A program made the position numbers and the translations under genes. A DNA stretch of 64,000 nucleotides, from positions 1 to 64,000 of the forward strand of contig NIVC01002017.1 in assembly GCA_002269645.1 (NCBI GenBank), read 5' to 3'. The notes under the pieces are model-generated. The model ran no database searches. It saw nothing but the letters and a program-made list of their open reading frames with translations, and was not told the origin of the DNA. This document shows, in pieces, positions 1 through 13,215 of the stretch (positions are counted from its first letter, which is position 1; every line of letters begins with the position of its first letter). Origin of the DNA: Macrostomum lignano (taxonomy: Eukaryota).

Positions 1-1148
1 ACGCAATTTAAATCAAGTCTGGTGCTATGCTTCCACACTGCATTTTCAATTCAAGTCGGAGTTACATTCAGTTATGATGGCAATCTATTTCAGAATCAGA
101 ATTCAACCAGTCAGTTTTTTCTCTAGCATTCTTACAATGCATTTCAAGTCGAAAACTTTGCTTGACCTTTGCAAAAAAGCATGTTTTCGAATATTTAATG
201 CCTTTAGCATTGAGCAATTTCTTAGCCACAATGCATGTACCGTCACGGGAAAATTCTGATCGAACAGTGCAAGTCTCATGAAAATCGGTCCAGCCATTTT
301 TTCTCTAATCGATTGCGTACAAACAAACAAACAAGCAAGATTTTCATTTTAGTATATATGGATATAGATAATGATATACTTTGCTATGGGCATAGAATTT
401 CCACTAAAATTTATAACACAAAAAGTATATACCTTACTAATTTCTTTTCAAATGCCTAGGCCTATCTAAAAAAACTTTTTGGGCCTATAATAAAGACTGG
501 TCATAGAATATATAGTATATGTGTTTGATGTTTTTAAAACTAAACAGTTTAAACTAAATCATTTTTTCTTTTCTGTATTTATTCATTACTTTATTCATAT
601 ATATATTACTATCATTACTATCATTAAAACCATTATATTCAGTGGCAACGCAGGGCTAGCAAGGGGTTATAAACCCCAGGTGACTATCAGTCACCCCTTA
701 TAGGGAGTGACCACCTCTTTAGCAAAAAATTCTTAAAGTATGTGCAAGACCATGAGAAAATTTCTTTATTGTAGGGTAGGGGCAAGGGGAGTGACCACCC
801 AACCACTGCCCCCCCCCCACTAGAGGTGCTGTGCCGCCAGATATATAAATATAACTTATTCTTAGATCTATAGCAAAAAATTTTAAGATAACATTACAAA
901 AATATAATTCTAAATTAAAAGAGTATACATACACAACACATGTCAGTAAATATTTGTTTGAGTATACCAGTAAATGCAATTGAATTCTTAAAAATAAAAC
1001 AATGAATGTATGCAATTATAGCCCTAATCTAAATAAGTCTTTTTGATCAAGAATAAAACAAATATAGTAGGCCTTTTATTACAGTTATTAGAGCTGCTAT
1101 CGACGGAAAAATGTAGAACTGCAAATATTCTGCTGAGCCAATCTATCA

Positions 1149-1332
1149 CAGTGATGCAGCAAGAGGGGGCAGGAGGACCTGGGCCCCAAAATTAACTCTC
1201 CACAAAAATTCTGGACAAATAATTACGCATCCCCCTGAAATTCCAGAGAAAAATCCCTCCTCCCTACACCCCCTCCTCCGGGTTCGGAATGCCCCCCTCA
1301 GGCCCCTGAAATAAATCCTGGCTGCGCCACTG
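1149..1332. mobile_element. hAT-type MITE, 184 bp
   Basis: Imperfect TIRs: CAGTGATGCAGCAAG at 1149 versus the reverse complement of the right end, CAGTGGCGCAGCCAG (12/15). Exact 8-bp TSD ATCTATCA at 1141-1148 and 1333-1340. An 8-bp TSD is the hAT hallmark. Confidence 0.8.
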
Positions 1333-2114
1333 ATCTATCAGTATCATTGTATCAGTGTTAATATACCGAATATAGCCATTGCACTTATAATGATTGCGAC
1401 AAACTGTTAAAGATTGCTAAAAATTTAAGACCAAAAACGAGCAAAGAATAAACTTTTCTTACTCGAATATCGCCCAAAACACCTTTGTTTTCAAGCGTTT
1501 GAGAAACTAAGTCTCGAAGCTCATGGTCTTCTCTATCGAGTTCCATCTTTTTATCGAACTAACCACGAAACCTTGAATAAATTGGCTGACTAAGGTATAC
1601 GATTACTCAAGGAAACTATATCGAATACTGAAATACAACTGTAATTGATATTGCTCGATGCAGTGGGCAGGACTTGTTAAATTTTGCCAATTTAATTCCT
1701 CCTTCGCAAGTAATTTGAACTCTTCGCTTCCTGTCGAACAGATACATTTGTTCAGAAATAGACAATAAAAACGTATACACATTTTTTTAAATACAAAATG
1801 TACTATCATTCATCTATATTTACCTTAAAAGTCTGCTAAATGTTTGACTTAACTGGATTTGTTATTATTTACTTTTAATTTCCGGACTTTTACGGCCGGT
1901 TAAAATATGTATATATTCCAAAAATCTATTTCACAAACTAACTCACCAATACTGAAAGGCTAGTTGCAACTGCACTTCTATTAAAGCACGGAGTTTCCTG
2001 GAAAAATGCATTCGAAAGGAGCAACTTAGGCGTATTTGCATGTGGATTTCTCGCACATCATGGGCCTAAGTTCAATAAGATGTACATGTATTTTATAGAT
2101 ATTTCGCCTCAGAA

Positions 2115-2785
2115 ATAATAATAATAACAATAATCTCACGCCCGCGCGCGACCACAAAAAAGTGGCCAAAAAGAGGAGGCGTCAAATCGCGCGCTTCGTG
2201 GCAAGGTCTCTGATGTGCTTCACGCCTGCTGCCGGCCTGCATGGCTGGGTGCTCGCGCATCATCGAAAAGACGCTCGATCCACGGCGAGCCACTCGTCCC
2301 TGTCCGCGAATGCGAGGTCCCTGCGGAGTCCACAGCAGGACGTCCTGCAGCGTCTCTGGGCAGTAAGGCTTCGACCCGGATAAACATGCCCCGCAAGCCG
2401 CGCAGACGTCGCTTGCTCAGCAGGAAAGACGGCAGCGTCAGGCGCGATTGCTGGTACCAGGGAGTCAGTCGTCTCGCTGCTGCCAGGGCCGTGGCGGGCG
2501 CCAAACGCGGCACGAACCAGAGCCGCATGCGCCGCGATGAGCTGCCTCTCGAGCGCCCCGGTCAGCGACCAGGTCTCAGCATTGTACAAGAGGGCGATCT
2601 CAACAACAGCCTGGAACAGCTGGGACCTGGCGCTGGCCGACAGGGCCTCCGAGAGCAGCACGCCCGAACAGATCGAAAAGCGACATAGGCCTTGCCGCGC
2701 CGTCTCGCCAGGTCGTCGCTCACGTCCGGCACCAGTCCGCCGAGGTAGAGGAACTGATTACCTTGAGGCACGGAAAGAATTCCAA
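2115..2785 (-). mobile_element. 5'-truncated, frameshifted RTE-like non-LTR retrotransposon (RT C-terminal part and 3' end)
   Basis: Minus ORFs 2562-2984, 2260-2661 and 2220-2528 encode FLYLGGLVP..DDLARRRGKAY.AFRS and LFQAVVEIALLYNAETW, typical of the RTE-clade RT C-terminus. The region is homologous to 14680-15200. A (TAT)n-like tail lies at 2115-2136 on the minus strand. Confidence 0.8.
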
Positions 2786-5475
2786 ATGAAGCAAATTTCT
2801 GTTTCGTTCGAGGTGCAAGAATTAAATTTGTTGCGCAGAAAGTTTCAAAAGCATGTAAGAGGATGTGATAGGCAGTGTCTGATTTGCTGTCTGAATTCAT
2901 CGATACGAGCCGGTATGCAGATTGACTGCTGCTCGAACCAAGCTGCGGTTTCTTTTTTAAAACCCAGTCTGGTTTAACTTCCATACAGTACTATTAGCTA
3001 GGGATTAGATAGAAGGGATAGAGATTGGTCTCGTAGACTGAGATATCTTGAGAAATTCTACATTCTATTCTTCTTCCTTACATACATTGTACAACTGTAC
3101 ATAACATGTAATGTCACATGCGATTCCACGACATCTGTTCCCCCGTCATTTGGAGCGTGATCTGCTTGCAGAATTGACTCAACCGCATGTCGATAAGCCA
3201 TATGATGGATATATTGTAGCATCTTATGAGTTCACTGCGCAGCACCTCCCGCGATAGCCTTTAGCTAGTCAAATTTGCTTGCAGAAGAGATCAGATCTGC
3301 TTCCAGTTGGGCAGTGTATTGTAAATAATTGAAGACAGAAGTCCGTCAGGACTCTGTGGAGTCATAATTGCTTTCGCTCGTCTCAACTCAAAGTCGCCGC
3401 AAATCAGTTGTGATGCGGCCGCAGAAATGAAGCTCACGAGTTCCTTGTCTCCTGCTCTTCTTTTCCAGACTCAACTTCTCAACTGCTTTATATACATGTA
3501 CTATTATAACAAAACACGAGAGCCTGACTTGGTGAGTCAGGTGCATCTGGGGCTAGTCGATTTCTTCATGAATCCCTGTCACAAGCTGCTGTACGAGTAT
3601 ATTAGAACCCTAGCTGCTGTACAAAACTTGAAACAAAAAATAGTTGACATTGTGCACCCGATGTATATAGAGTTCGTAAATGGAGTCTAAAGTCTAACAA
3701 TGTAAAAACAAGGATTACTTTTGTTTTAATTGATTTACAATCCAACAGACTTAAAACTCGGTAACTTTTGAAAAACTGGTTTATTCATTTAACGACCGCT
3801 GCGTTTTCAAATGTGCGATACAAGAGCGTCAAGTGCTCTGCTGCTGCTAGAGGAAAATAGGCTAAATTGCTGGACTAACAAGTGCGGCACTTGGCCACGG
3901 CACCGAGTGTCTTCGCAGGTCAGCAGTAGATCCAGCTAAAAACCTCAGTTCCGCAGGGATTATAGGCGCGGCGTGTTTGGTTAGTTTTTAACTCAACTGG
4001 CAAACACAGCTCAACTCATAAGCAACTTTGCTTGTGTGCGGCGTAGAATCTCTGACCTGAAGCGCTCCGTGCGTGGGGAAACTTACAGAGATTAGCCAAG
4101 ACTGCAGGTTAGGTTCTATTAACCGGTTGAACTATCCGAATGACTTTCGGATAATCCCTGATCCTCAGAGTTTAACTGTATTCATTGGTACTACGTGATG
4201 CGTTAGCAGAGAGCTATCTAAACCAGTTTTAGCCCTACATAATCGGCAATATACGGTTTTCACAAATCTCTGACGGAAAATTTATGGATCCAGTGCCCTG
4301 CCTCTTTAGCGCATTTGATGCGTGCGCTGCATATGTGAGGTTGGCGTCATCCAGAAGCGCTGGACTTGCGTGACTGCTATTTTAAGATTAGTTGGCGTCG
4401 CGCCCTGTTGCCTGACCGCCCGCTATCACCACGCCGGCCTGGTCTGTCCAGCGACCTGTTGCTCCGTCGACGACTGCAGCTGGTAGGCCACTTAGTCGAC
4501 AGGCACTGGGCGTTTATTTGACGCCTTTTGACCTTGAAGCGTACTTTTTCGTTGCTGTTGCTACCCAGAACGTGGATTACTGCATCTACGTTTAACACCC
4601 GTCATGCTTGATTCATATAGTCCCGCCTCCATTCTCCTAACCATACTTACTATTTTATAGCAGAAAATACAAGGTACAAGTGATGTCAGTATTTTACCAT
4701 AACTTCCAGCAATGTAGAATTATTTTGCATTCACACGTGAGCTTTCATATTGCAGCGATCAGTGGGTACATTTATATTTTCACAGCTCACTGAATGAGGG
4801 TACAGTATGAGGTCAAAAAGATTCTCTAGGCAGCAGATGAGACAGTAACGTGGCAGCAGCTTGGGTATTAGTAGTCCGATGGCCCTGTTTCGCACACAAC
4901 TGGTACTACACTGCGTTGAGATTAGGCTGTTCAGATAGATATCAAGGACGAATTAAATACATGTAGCTATAGACGGGACTCTACGTTTCCTAGAAATCCA
5001 CCGAATCTTTTTAGCATAAAACAAATACTTAAATAAAGATATTAGCACTCAATGTCGGCTTCCAAAGGAACATTGTCACATGATATAGAAGTTATAAAAA
5101 TAGAGCTTCATACAACGGCAATTCTTTAGCATATGTGAGTCTTCAATTTTTCTCTTTAAAACTTACATTGCGAGTAGTCCCGCCATTGTAATTCTATCGG
5201 TTCTCGCTCGTATCAGACAGGTAGCTGTGATAAGGCTGGAAGAGAATCCACATGTAGAGTTATTTAATTTTTTAAATGCTCATTATTGTTTAGGGTCCCG
5301 AAGAATCGGAGGGAATTTGAAATCTATAAAAAAACTTGTAAGGGGTGTCACACAACAGACACGTGCTGCATTGCCTGTCCTCTCGAAAGTCTCGATGAAT
5401 TTCCGTCGTGGAGGTGCTCATTTCTGGACGCTTCCGGGCATAAAAATATTCCAACCAGTTCGGTGTCCTCATCAA

Positions 5476-7310
5476 CTACGCTGGATGCTTCCTCGAGGAC
5501 GACGCACGTCCCGAAGTAATTTCGTCGGGTGATTGGGCGGACCTGGTGCAGGCAGGCGTTCGCAAGTGGTTCGCACTTCCTGGACAAGCTCCGTTAGCCA
5601 TTTGACCAGCTTGCCGAGTCCAGCGCGAGTGAAGGTAGCTGGACGCAACTTGAGTGCACTTGATGCCCAGAATGGCCAGGAACTCGAACAGCTCAACGAA
5701 TGTCACCAGAGACATGCCAACCCAGAGGCCGCCGATTCCGCCTAGCTCAGACAGAACCTCAACAAACGAATACGACGGCGATTCGTGAATAAGCGTGCTT
5801 TTGGACTCTTCTGCGAACACCTGTAGTTTTACAAAGTTTTGCCTCACAAATCTGTGGCTGACGCTCCAGCCTTTCTCGAAGTCCCGCGACCCGTCCGGGT
5901 GTCGGTGAAATCTGACGATTTGATCCAACAGCTGCTGGCCCTGGTAGCGGGCCCGGTGGAACTTCGGGCTAACAAACGTGTGGATGAAGGCCTCCAGGTC
6001 GGTGTGCGCAGGCCAAGGAACGGACGCGATCGAGTATGTGTAACTGCTCTGCTCGCAGGCCTGAACAGTGCCGCACTCAGACGCAAACTGATCATAAAGC
6101 TCCGTGCGAACTTGATTTTCAACATCGTTGAAGCTTTTCAGCTGTTGAAACTTGTAGGCCCCGAAAGATGCGGAGATGTTCTGCGCAGAAACGCCAGCAG
6201 CTCGCAGGTAATGGCAGAGAGCCGAGCGGTCCTGCGTCGGAAGGAACGTCGATTGACAGTGGCACTTGCGCATGAGGTGCTCCTGCCACTTCCTGACCAC
6301 GCAGTCCTGGCCTCGCTTGCGAAACCGCTGTATTGCCTCGGCCTCCGACGCCCAATAGTCGGTGTGGCCGTAGTTTTCAACACAGTTATGTCCCGTTCTG
6401 TTTACGTAGACGTTTCGCTTCATCTTGAAGCGAAAGTCGGCGCTCCAACCGTTGCCAACGTCGGCGCCCTCCCAGTACACGTGCGGATACGTGCCAGGTT
6501 CGTGCACGAGCAGCCTGACGCCGCTGGACACTTGCATGCCGGCCTTGCCGAACACCGTGTCCAATTGTCTTAACGTCGAGCGATGCTTTGGCGGCGGATA
6601 TTCTACCACGTGATCCGACTGGCTGGAGTTATCCAGTGGCATTGTGCTGGTATACAGGATTATATTCAGGCCGTCATTGGGCCCGGTGCCTTGCACGCTT
6701 CGATCCTTGGGTCGGAATGACCAGCAATTCCAATAGTGCGAGTTCTGCACCAGCTTGAAATCCGCTGGTCTGCACGGGGCCTTCTTGTAGAAGCAGGCCA
6801 CCATCGACAAGCTCAGGTTGTGGCCCAGATGGGCCGTGTCCATTGACGCCCAGTAGTGCTGCAATAGATTGTACCAGTGAAAGTACTTCTGCGTGCCGAA
6901 TATGTCGCCACCTTTGGCGTAGACTCGCCTAAGAGCACCATCAGGTCAAGCATGTTGGACTCCAACTGCCGTCTAGCCGGACTATCGTGGTTCAGCAGGT
7001 ACTGCGGCATCGGGCGCAGATTGCAGATGGTCACGTCCGGGAATATGGTGTCGACTCCTTCGTTAAGAATGAGCGTGCTTACTGGAGTCAGGCTGAACTG
7101 GTGCACAGTCAGGTAGACGTGATAGCATCCGGCCATGCTGGTGAGACAGGTGAGCAGCAACCAGAATGCTCGCCTAACGTAGCTGTCGGCTCTAAATAGA
7201 TGCGCAACGCCATGCATGCTGGTGTGCTGAGCGAACCTGTTCAGGTGCATGAACACGCCGCGCAGGGCGGCCCAGCTCGCCACTGGCCGGTTCGATTCCT
7301 GACTGTACAT
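5476..7310 (-). CDS. DEG/ENaC-family (amiloride-sensitive, FaNaC/ASIC-like) sodium channel, intronless, about 610 aa, with one apparent frameshift near 6945-6900
   Basis: ORF 6813-7310 has the pre-TM1 HG motif (FAQHTSMHG), TM1 and FPDVTICNLRP. ORF 5476-6864, whose frame is open from 6945, has GVRLLVHEPG, a Cys-rich ectodomain and TM2/selectivity filter ELGGIGGLWVGMSLVTFVE. The two frames join with one extra base, e.g. MVLL-RRVYAKGGDIFGTQKYFHWY. Confidence 0.9.
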
Positions 7311-8180
7311 GCGAGAGTAGCTTAACTCGTCCTAGGGTCGCGCAGAAACTTCGCCTAGATTGTTTTCAGTGCACTGGAGTTCCGCGCCAATATCCCCTGC
7401 CAAGCTTTGGGAGGGGGGGGGGCGGACCGCACAGCAGTTTCGGGGCTTGCCAAAGAATTCCCTGCCTCCAACGATTTTGGCAGCCAATAAAAAGTTTGGC
7501 AAGAGAAAAAAAGCGCCCTGAAATTTGATCGGGCCGCGGCGCGTCGATTTAAACAGCTAATTTGCATTTGAATCAACTGCCATCCGGCTGGCAAGCAAAA
7601 TAAAATTCTTCTCTCCCAAGTATTTTTTGATGCAATATTGAACATTCGCTGAGCATCACTAACGATAAGTCCTTGCTTTCCTCAAGCATTGTCCAGTTGG
7701 AGTAGGGAGCAAACTGTTAGCTAAATCTAGCGAACCTAATCTTTCTTGAGCCTGTAACGTGTCGGCCATCACAGTTCCACTTACCGCCGCTAGAAATTGC
7801 CAAACTCACAGCTGTAATGCTTACTGCACTGCTGCTGGTCTGCGCTGCTAAAGCACCAGAAAGGGGGTAAACACTCCTATTGTTGCAGCTCGTCTGCTGC
7901 TGAGCCGTCGTGAGCAGCCCTCACCACTCCCCAGCCCCAATCCAGAAGAAGAGCCTCTGATCAGCCCCAAACAGTCCAGCCGTCAAAGTTTGACACCACT
8001 ATGAAGCAGAGCCGAGCGCCATAGCTGCCCAGTGCAATAATGAAAATCCATTATTGAATTCTCCAATTTAACAGTGAGGGCGCGGGAAAGGTCCGCTTGC
8101 CGTATTGTACGCACGTATGAAGACATATGGAGTGGATTGTGTCAGTTTGCTGCTTGCTCTACTTAGTACAAATGACATGC

Positions 8181-10460
8181 GCTCATTTGATTCATTGCTC
8201 ATATACAATCGCTCATTTGATTCATTGCTCATATACAATCGCTCATTTGATTCATTGCTCATATACAATCGCTCATTTGATTCATTGCTCATATACAATC
8301 CCTCATTTGACTCATTGCTCATATACAATCGCTCATTTGATTCATTGCTCATATACAATCGCTCATTTGATTCATTGCTCATATACAATCCCTCATTTGA
8401 TTCATTGCTCATATACAATCGCTCATTTGACTCATTGCTCATAGACAATCGCTCATTTGATTCATTGCTCATATACAATCCCTCATTTGATTCATTGCTC
8501 ATATACAATCGTTCATTTGACTCATTGCTCATAGACAATCGCTCATTTGATTCATTGATCATAGACAATCGCTCATTTTATTCATTGCTCATAGACAATC
8601 GCTCATTTGATCCATTCCTCATAGACAATCGCTCATTTGATTCATTGCTCATAGACAATCGCTCATTTGATTCATGCTCATAGACAATCGCTCATTTGAT
8701 TCATTGCTCATACAATCGCTCATTTGATTCATTGCTCATATACAATCGCTCATTTGATTCATTGCTCATATACAATCGCTCATTTGATTCATTGCTCATA
8801 TACAATCGCTCATTTGATTCATTGCTCATATACAATCGCTCATTTGACTCATTGCTCATAGACAATCGCTCATTTGATCCATTGCTCATAGACAATCACT
8901 CGTTTGATTCATTGCTCATAGACAATCGCTCATTTGATCCATTCGTCATAGACAATCACTCATTTGATTCATTGCTAATAGACAATCACTCGTTTGATTC
9001 ATTGCTCATAGACAATCGCTTATTTGATTCATTGCTTCTAGACAATCGCTCATTTGATCCATTCCTCATAGACAATCGCTCATTTGATTCATTGCTCATA
9101 GACAATCGCTCATTTGATTCATTGCTCATAGACAATCGCTCATTTGATCCATTCCTCATAGACAATCGCTCATTTGATTCATTGCTCATAGACAATCGCT
9201 CATTTGATTCATTGCTCATAGACAATCGCTCATTTGATTCAGTGCTCATAGACAATCGCTCATTTGATTCATTGCTCATATACAATCGCTCATTTGATTC
9301 ATTGCTCATATACAATCGCTCATTTGATTCATTGCTCATATACAATCGCTCATTTGATTCATTGCTCATATACAATCGCTCATTTGACTCATTGCTCATA
9401 GACAATCGCTCATTTGATCCATTGCTCATAGACAATCACTCGTTTGATTCATTGCTCATAGACAATCGCTCATTTGATCCATTCGTCATAGACAATCACT
9501 CATTTGATTCATTGCTAATAGACAATCGCTCATTTGATTCATTGCTCATAGACAATCGCTCATTTGATTCATTGCTCATAGACAATCGCTCATTTGATCC
9601 ATTCCTCATAGACAATCGCTCATTTGATCCATTCCTCATAGAGAATCGTTCATTTGATCCATTGCTCATAGACAATCGCTCATTTGATTCATTGCTCATA
9701 GACAATCGCTCATTTGATTCAGTGCTCATAGACAATCGCTCATTTGATTCAGTGCTCATAGACAATCGCTCATTTGATTCAGTGCTCATAGACAATCGCT
9801 CATTTGATTCAGTGCTCATAGACAATCGCTCATTTGATTCTGCTCATAGACAATCGCTCATTTGATTCGTTGCTCATACAATCGCTCATTTGATTCATTG
9901 CTCATACAATCGCTCATTTGATCCATTGACAATCGCTCATTTGATTCATTGCTCATACAATCGCTCATTTGATCATGCTCATAGACAATCGCTCATTTGA
10001 TCATTGCTCATAGACAATCGCTCATTTGATCAATTGCTCATAGACAATCACTCGTTTGATTAATTGCTCATAGACAATCGCTCATTTGATTCAGTGCTCA
10101 TAGACAATCGCTCATTTGATTCAGTGCTCATAGACAATCGCTCATTTGATCTACTGCTCATAGACAATCGCTCATTTGATTCGTTGCTCATAGACAATCG
10201 CTCATTTGATTCATTGCTCATACAATCGCTCATTTGATCCATTGCTCATAGAGAATCGCTCATTTGATTTATTGCTCATACAATCGCTCATTTGATCTAC
10301 TGCTCATAGACAATCGCTCATTTGATTCATTGCTCATAGACAATCGCTCATTTGATCAATTGCTCATAGACAATCACTCGTTTGATTAATTGCTCATAGA
10401 CAATCGCTCATTTGATCCATTCGTCATAGACAATCACTCATTTGATCCATTGCTCATGGA
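8181..10460. repeat. 30-bp minisatellite (GCTCATTTGATTCATTGCTCATA[T/G]ACAATC), about 75 copies, intergenic
   Basis: Direct tandem periodicity is visible in the sequence. It produces the NRSFDSLLIY and MSNESNERL repeat ORFs. Confidence 0.97.
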
Positions 10461-10997
10461 CTGCTCATAGATCGCGTCACTGCAGGAAAACTGTATAAAT
10501 CTGTTTCATAAGAGCCCTTCTATTTTTGATTAACTAGCAATTAGCGTCACAAACTACTCAGAAAGTCACTGCGCTGCAAAAAATGCATCCACTCTTGGAT
10601 GGGGAGTGCAGACTCAATTGGAATAATTGATGAAGCTATTGCACTGGGGAGGGGTGTATACGTGTATCAAGCTTCCTTCCCTCCAGCATAGAAAATTCTT
10701 TCCCAAGCTGTCTATAATCCACACCGCGCCTACACTCCAGCGGCGCAGTCTGCAATACTTAAAACTGGTACTTGGTCCGCGTGTGTACACTTCCTATACT
10801 GTGCATGCACATTCCGGCCTCTACACCTGTAATTGGTTGCTATGGAAACTGTGTCGATCGCCCAGCGCGGATAAAGAAGCACGCGCAAGTGTAAGTTTCA
10901 TAATTTCATTTGTCTGGAGAGAGTTTAAGAGGTTGCAAGACAGCTCTCTTCCCTTGGGGAAAAGCGAGACAAGAGTTTATCTACTCTAAAACTGATC

Positions 10998-13215
10998 ATG
11001 TCTGAGTCCGTTCTGAGCTCTCAGCAGCTGGCCGAGTGTCGGGAGGCGTTCGCAATGCTGGACAAAGATGGAGCTGGTCAGCTGCCAGCGGAGAGTCTGG
11101 GCCGCCTCATCAGAATGATTGGCCAGAATCCGTCAGATGCAGAGGTTCGAGTGAGTGAATTCGAACATTGGAGAGAGAGTGAATTCGGGGACTAGAGAAA
11201 GTAGAGAAGGGGAATTTAGGGATTAAAGAGAGAGAATTCTAGGATTAGAGAGAGGGAATTCTAGGATTAGAGAGAGGGAATTCGGGGAGTAGAGAGGGGA
11301 AATTGGGGGAGTAGACGGAGGGAATTCGGGTAGTAGAGGGATGGAATTGGGGAGTGGAGGGAGGGAACTCAGGGAGTAGAGAGAGGGAATTGGGGAGTAG
11401 AGAGAGAGAGAATTCTAGGATTAGAGAGAGGGAATTCGGGGAGTAGAGAGGGAAATTGGGGGAGTAGACGGAGGGAATTCGGGTAGTAGAGGGATGGAAT
11501 TGGGGGAGTGGAGGGAGGGAACTCGGGGAGTAGAGAGAGGGAATTGGGAGTAGAGAGAGAGAGAATTATAGGATTAGAGAGAGGGAATTCGGGGAGTAGA
11601 GAGAGGGAATTCGGGGAGTAGAGAGAGGGAATTCGGGAGTAGAGAGAGGGAATTCGGGAAGTGGAGAGAGGGAATTCGGGAGTAGAGAGAGGGAATTCGG
11701 GAGTAGAGAGAAGGAATTCGGGGAGTAGAGAGAGGGAATTCGGGGAGTAGAGAGAGGGAATTCGGGGAGTAGAGAAAGGGAATTCGGGGAGTAGAGAGGG
11801 GAAATTGGGGGAGTAGACGGAGGGAATTCGGGTAGTAGAGGGATGGAATTGGGGGAGTGGAGGGAGGGAACTCGGGGAGTAGAGAGAGGGAATTGGGGAG
11901 TAGAGAGAGAGAGAATTATAGGATTAGAGAGAGGGAATTCGGGGAGTAGAGAGAGGGAATTCGGGGAGTAGAGAGAGGGAATTCGGGGAGTAGAGAGAAG
12001 GAATTGGGGGAGTGGAGGGAGGGAACTCGGGGAGTAGAGAGAGGGAATTGGGAGTAGAGAGAGAGAGAATTATAGGATTAGAGAGAGGGAATTCGGGGAG
12101 TAGAGAGAGGGAATTCGGGGAGTAGAGAGAGGGAATTCGGGGAGTAGAGAGAGGGAATTCGGGGAGTAGAGAGAAGGAATTGGGGGAGTGGAGGAAGGGA
12201 ACTCGGGGAGTAGAGAGAGGAAATTGGGGAGTAGAGAGAGAGAATTCTAGGATTAGAGAGAGGGAATTCGGGGAGTAGAGAGAGGAAATTCGGGGAGTAG
12301 AGAGACGGAATTCGGGGAGTAGAGAGGGGAAATTGGGGGAGTAGACGGAGGGAATTCGGGTAGTAGAGGGATGGAATTCGGGGAGTAGAGAGAGGGAATT
12401 GGGGAGTGGAGGGAGGGAACTCGGGGAGTAGAGAGAGGGAATTGGGAGTAGAGAGAGAGAATTCTAGGATTAGAGAGAGGGAATTCGGGGAGTAGAGAGA
12501 GGGAATTCGGGGAGTAGAGAGAGGGAATTCGGGGAGTAGAGAGAGGGAATTCGGGAGTAGAGAGAGGGAATTCGGGGAGTAGAGAGAAGGAATTCGGGGA
12601 GTAGAGAGAGGGAATTCGGGAGTAGAGAGAGGGAATTCGGGGAGTAGAGAGGGGAAATTGGGGGAGTAGACGGAGGGAATTCGGGTAGTAGAGGGATGGA
12701 ATTCGGGGAGTAGAGAGAGGGGATTCGGGGAGTAGAGACAGGGAACTCGACGAGTAGAGCTCCACAAATTCAAAAGAGCTTCTACACAGAGGTGTGATAC
12801 CTGCACCATATCAAGCACCCCTGAATTTCCATAGGAACTGGCCGCAGGCCTGCATGGCAGCGGCAGTCCCTCTGCGATCACCTGTGACGATTTTTGCGAT
12901 GCTGTTTCCCGACGTCTGCACTCATCGTCGGCGTCGTCATCGTCGTCCGGGCGCCGTCCCGCAACGGAACTCGAAGAGGCCTTCAGGGCTTTGGATCGTC
13001 GGCTAACTGGCCGGCTGGCGGCTACGCGGCTGCGAGCACTGCTCACCAGCATGGGGGAGCCGCTGTCGCCAGCCGAGGTGGACGAGCTGCTGCTCATGGC
13101 CAAGCCAGCAAGTGCTACAAGCAGCGGTGGAGAAAAAGAAGCAGCAGTAGGACAAGATGATAGCGAATTATTTATCGACTATAGAAGTCTGGCAAGGCGA
13201 CTGCTGGCCAAGTGA
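10998..13215 (+). CDS. Calmodulin-like / myosin light chain-like EF-hand protein, join(10998..11150,12835..13215), 177 aa
   Basis: Exon 1 encodes MSESVLSSQQLAECREAFAMLDKDGAGQL..LGRLIRMIGQNPSDAEVR and ends at GTGAGT (11151). The acceptor TTTCCATAG|GAA at 12835 is phase 0. Exon 2 encodes ELEEAFRALDRRLTGRL..LRALLTSMGEPLSPAEVDELL. AATAAA lies at 13321. Confidence 0.88.
11165..12750. repeat. G-rich 21-22-bp minisatellite (GGGAATTCGGGGAGTAGAGAGA) filling the EF-hand gene intron
   Basis: Tandem units with internal larger-scale duplications. Confidence 0.95.

Noticed and set aside
640-840. Possible CAGTGG-type hAT MITE
   Set aside because: The left end looks right, but I could not find a convincing right TIR or an 8-bp TSD.
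4377-4598. 73-aa GC-rich minus ORF
   Set aside because: No recognisable motif and no clear splice partners.
6889-6912. Micro-intron as the explanation for the ENaC frame break
   Set aside because: The available GT..AG pairs are only about 10-25 nt apart, too short for a normal spliceosomal intron, and would delete plausible coding sequence.
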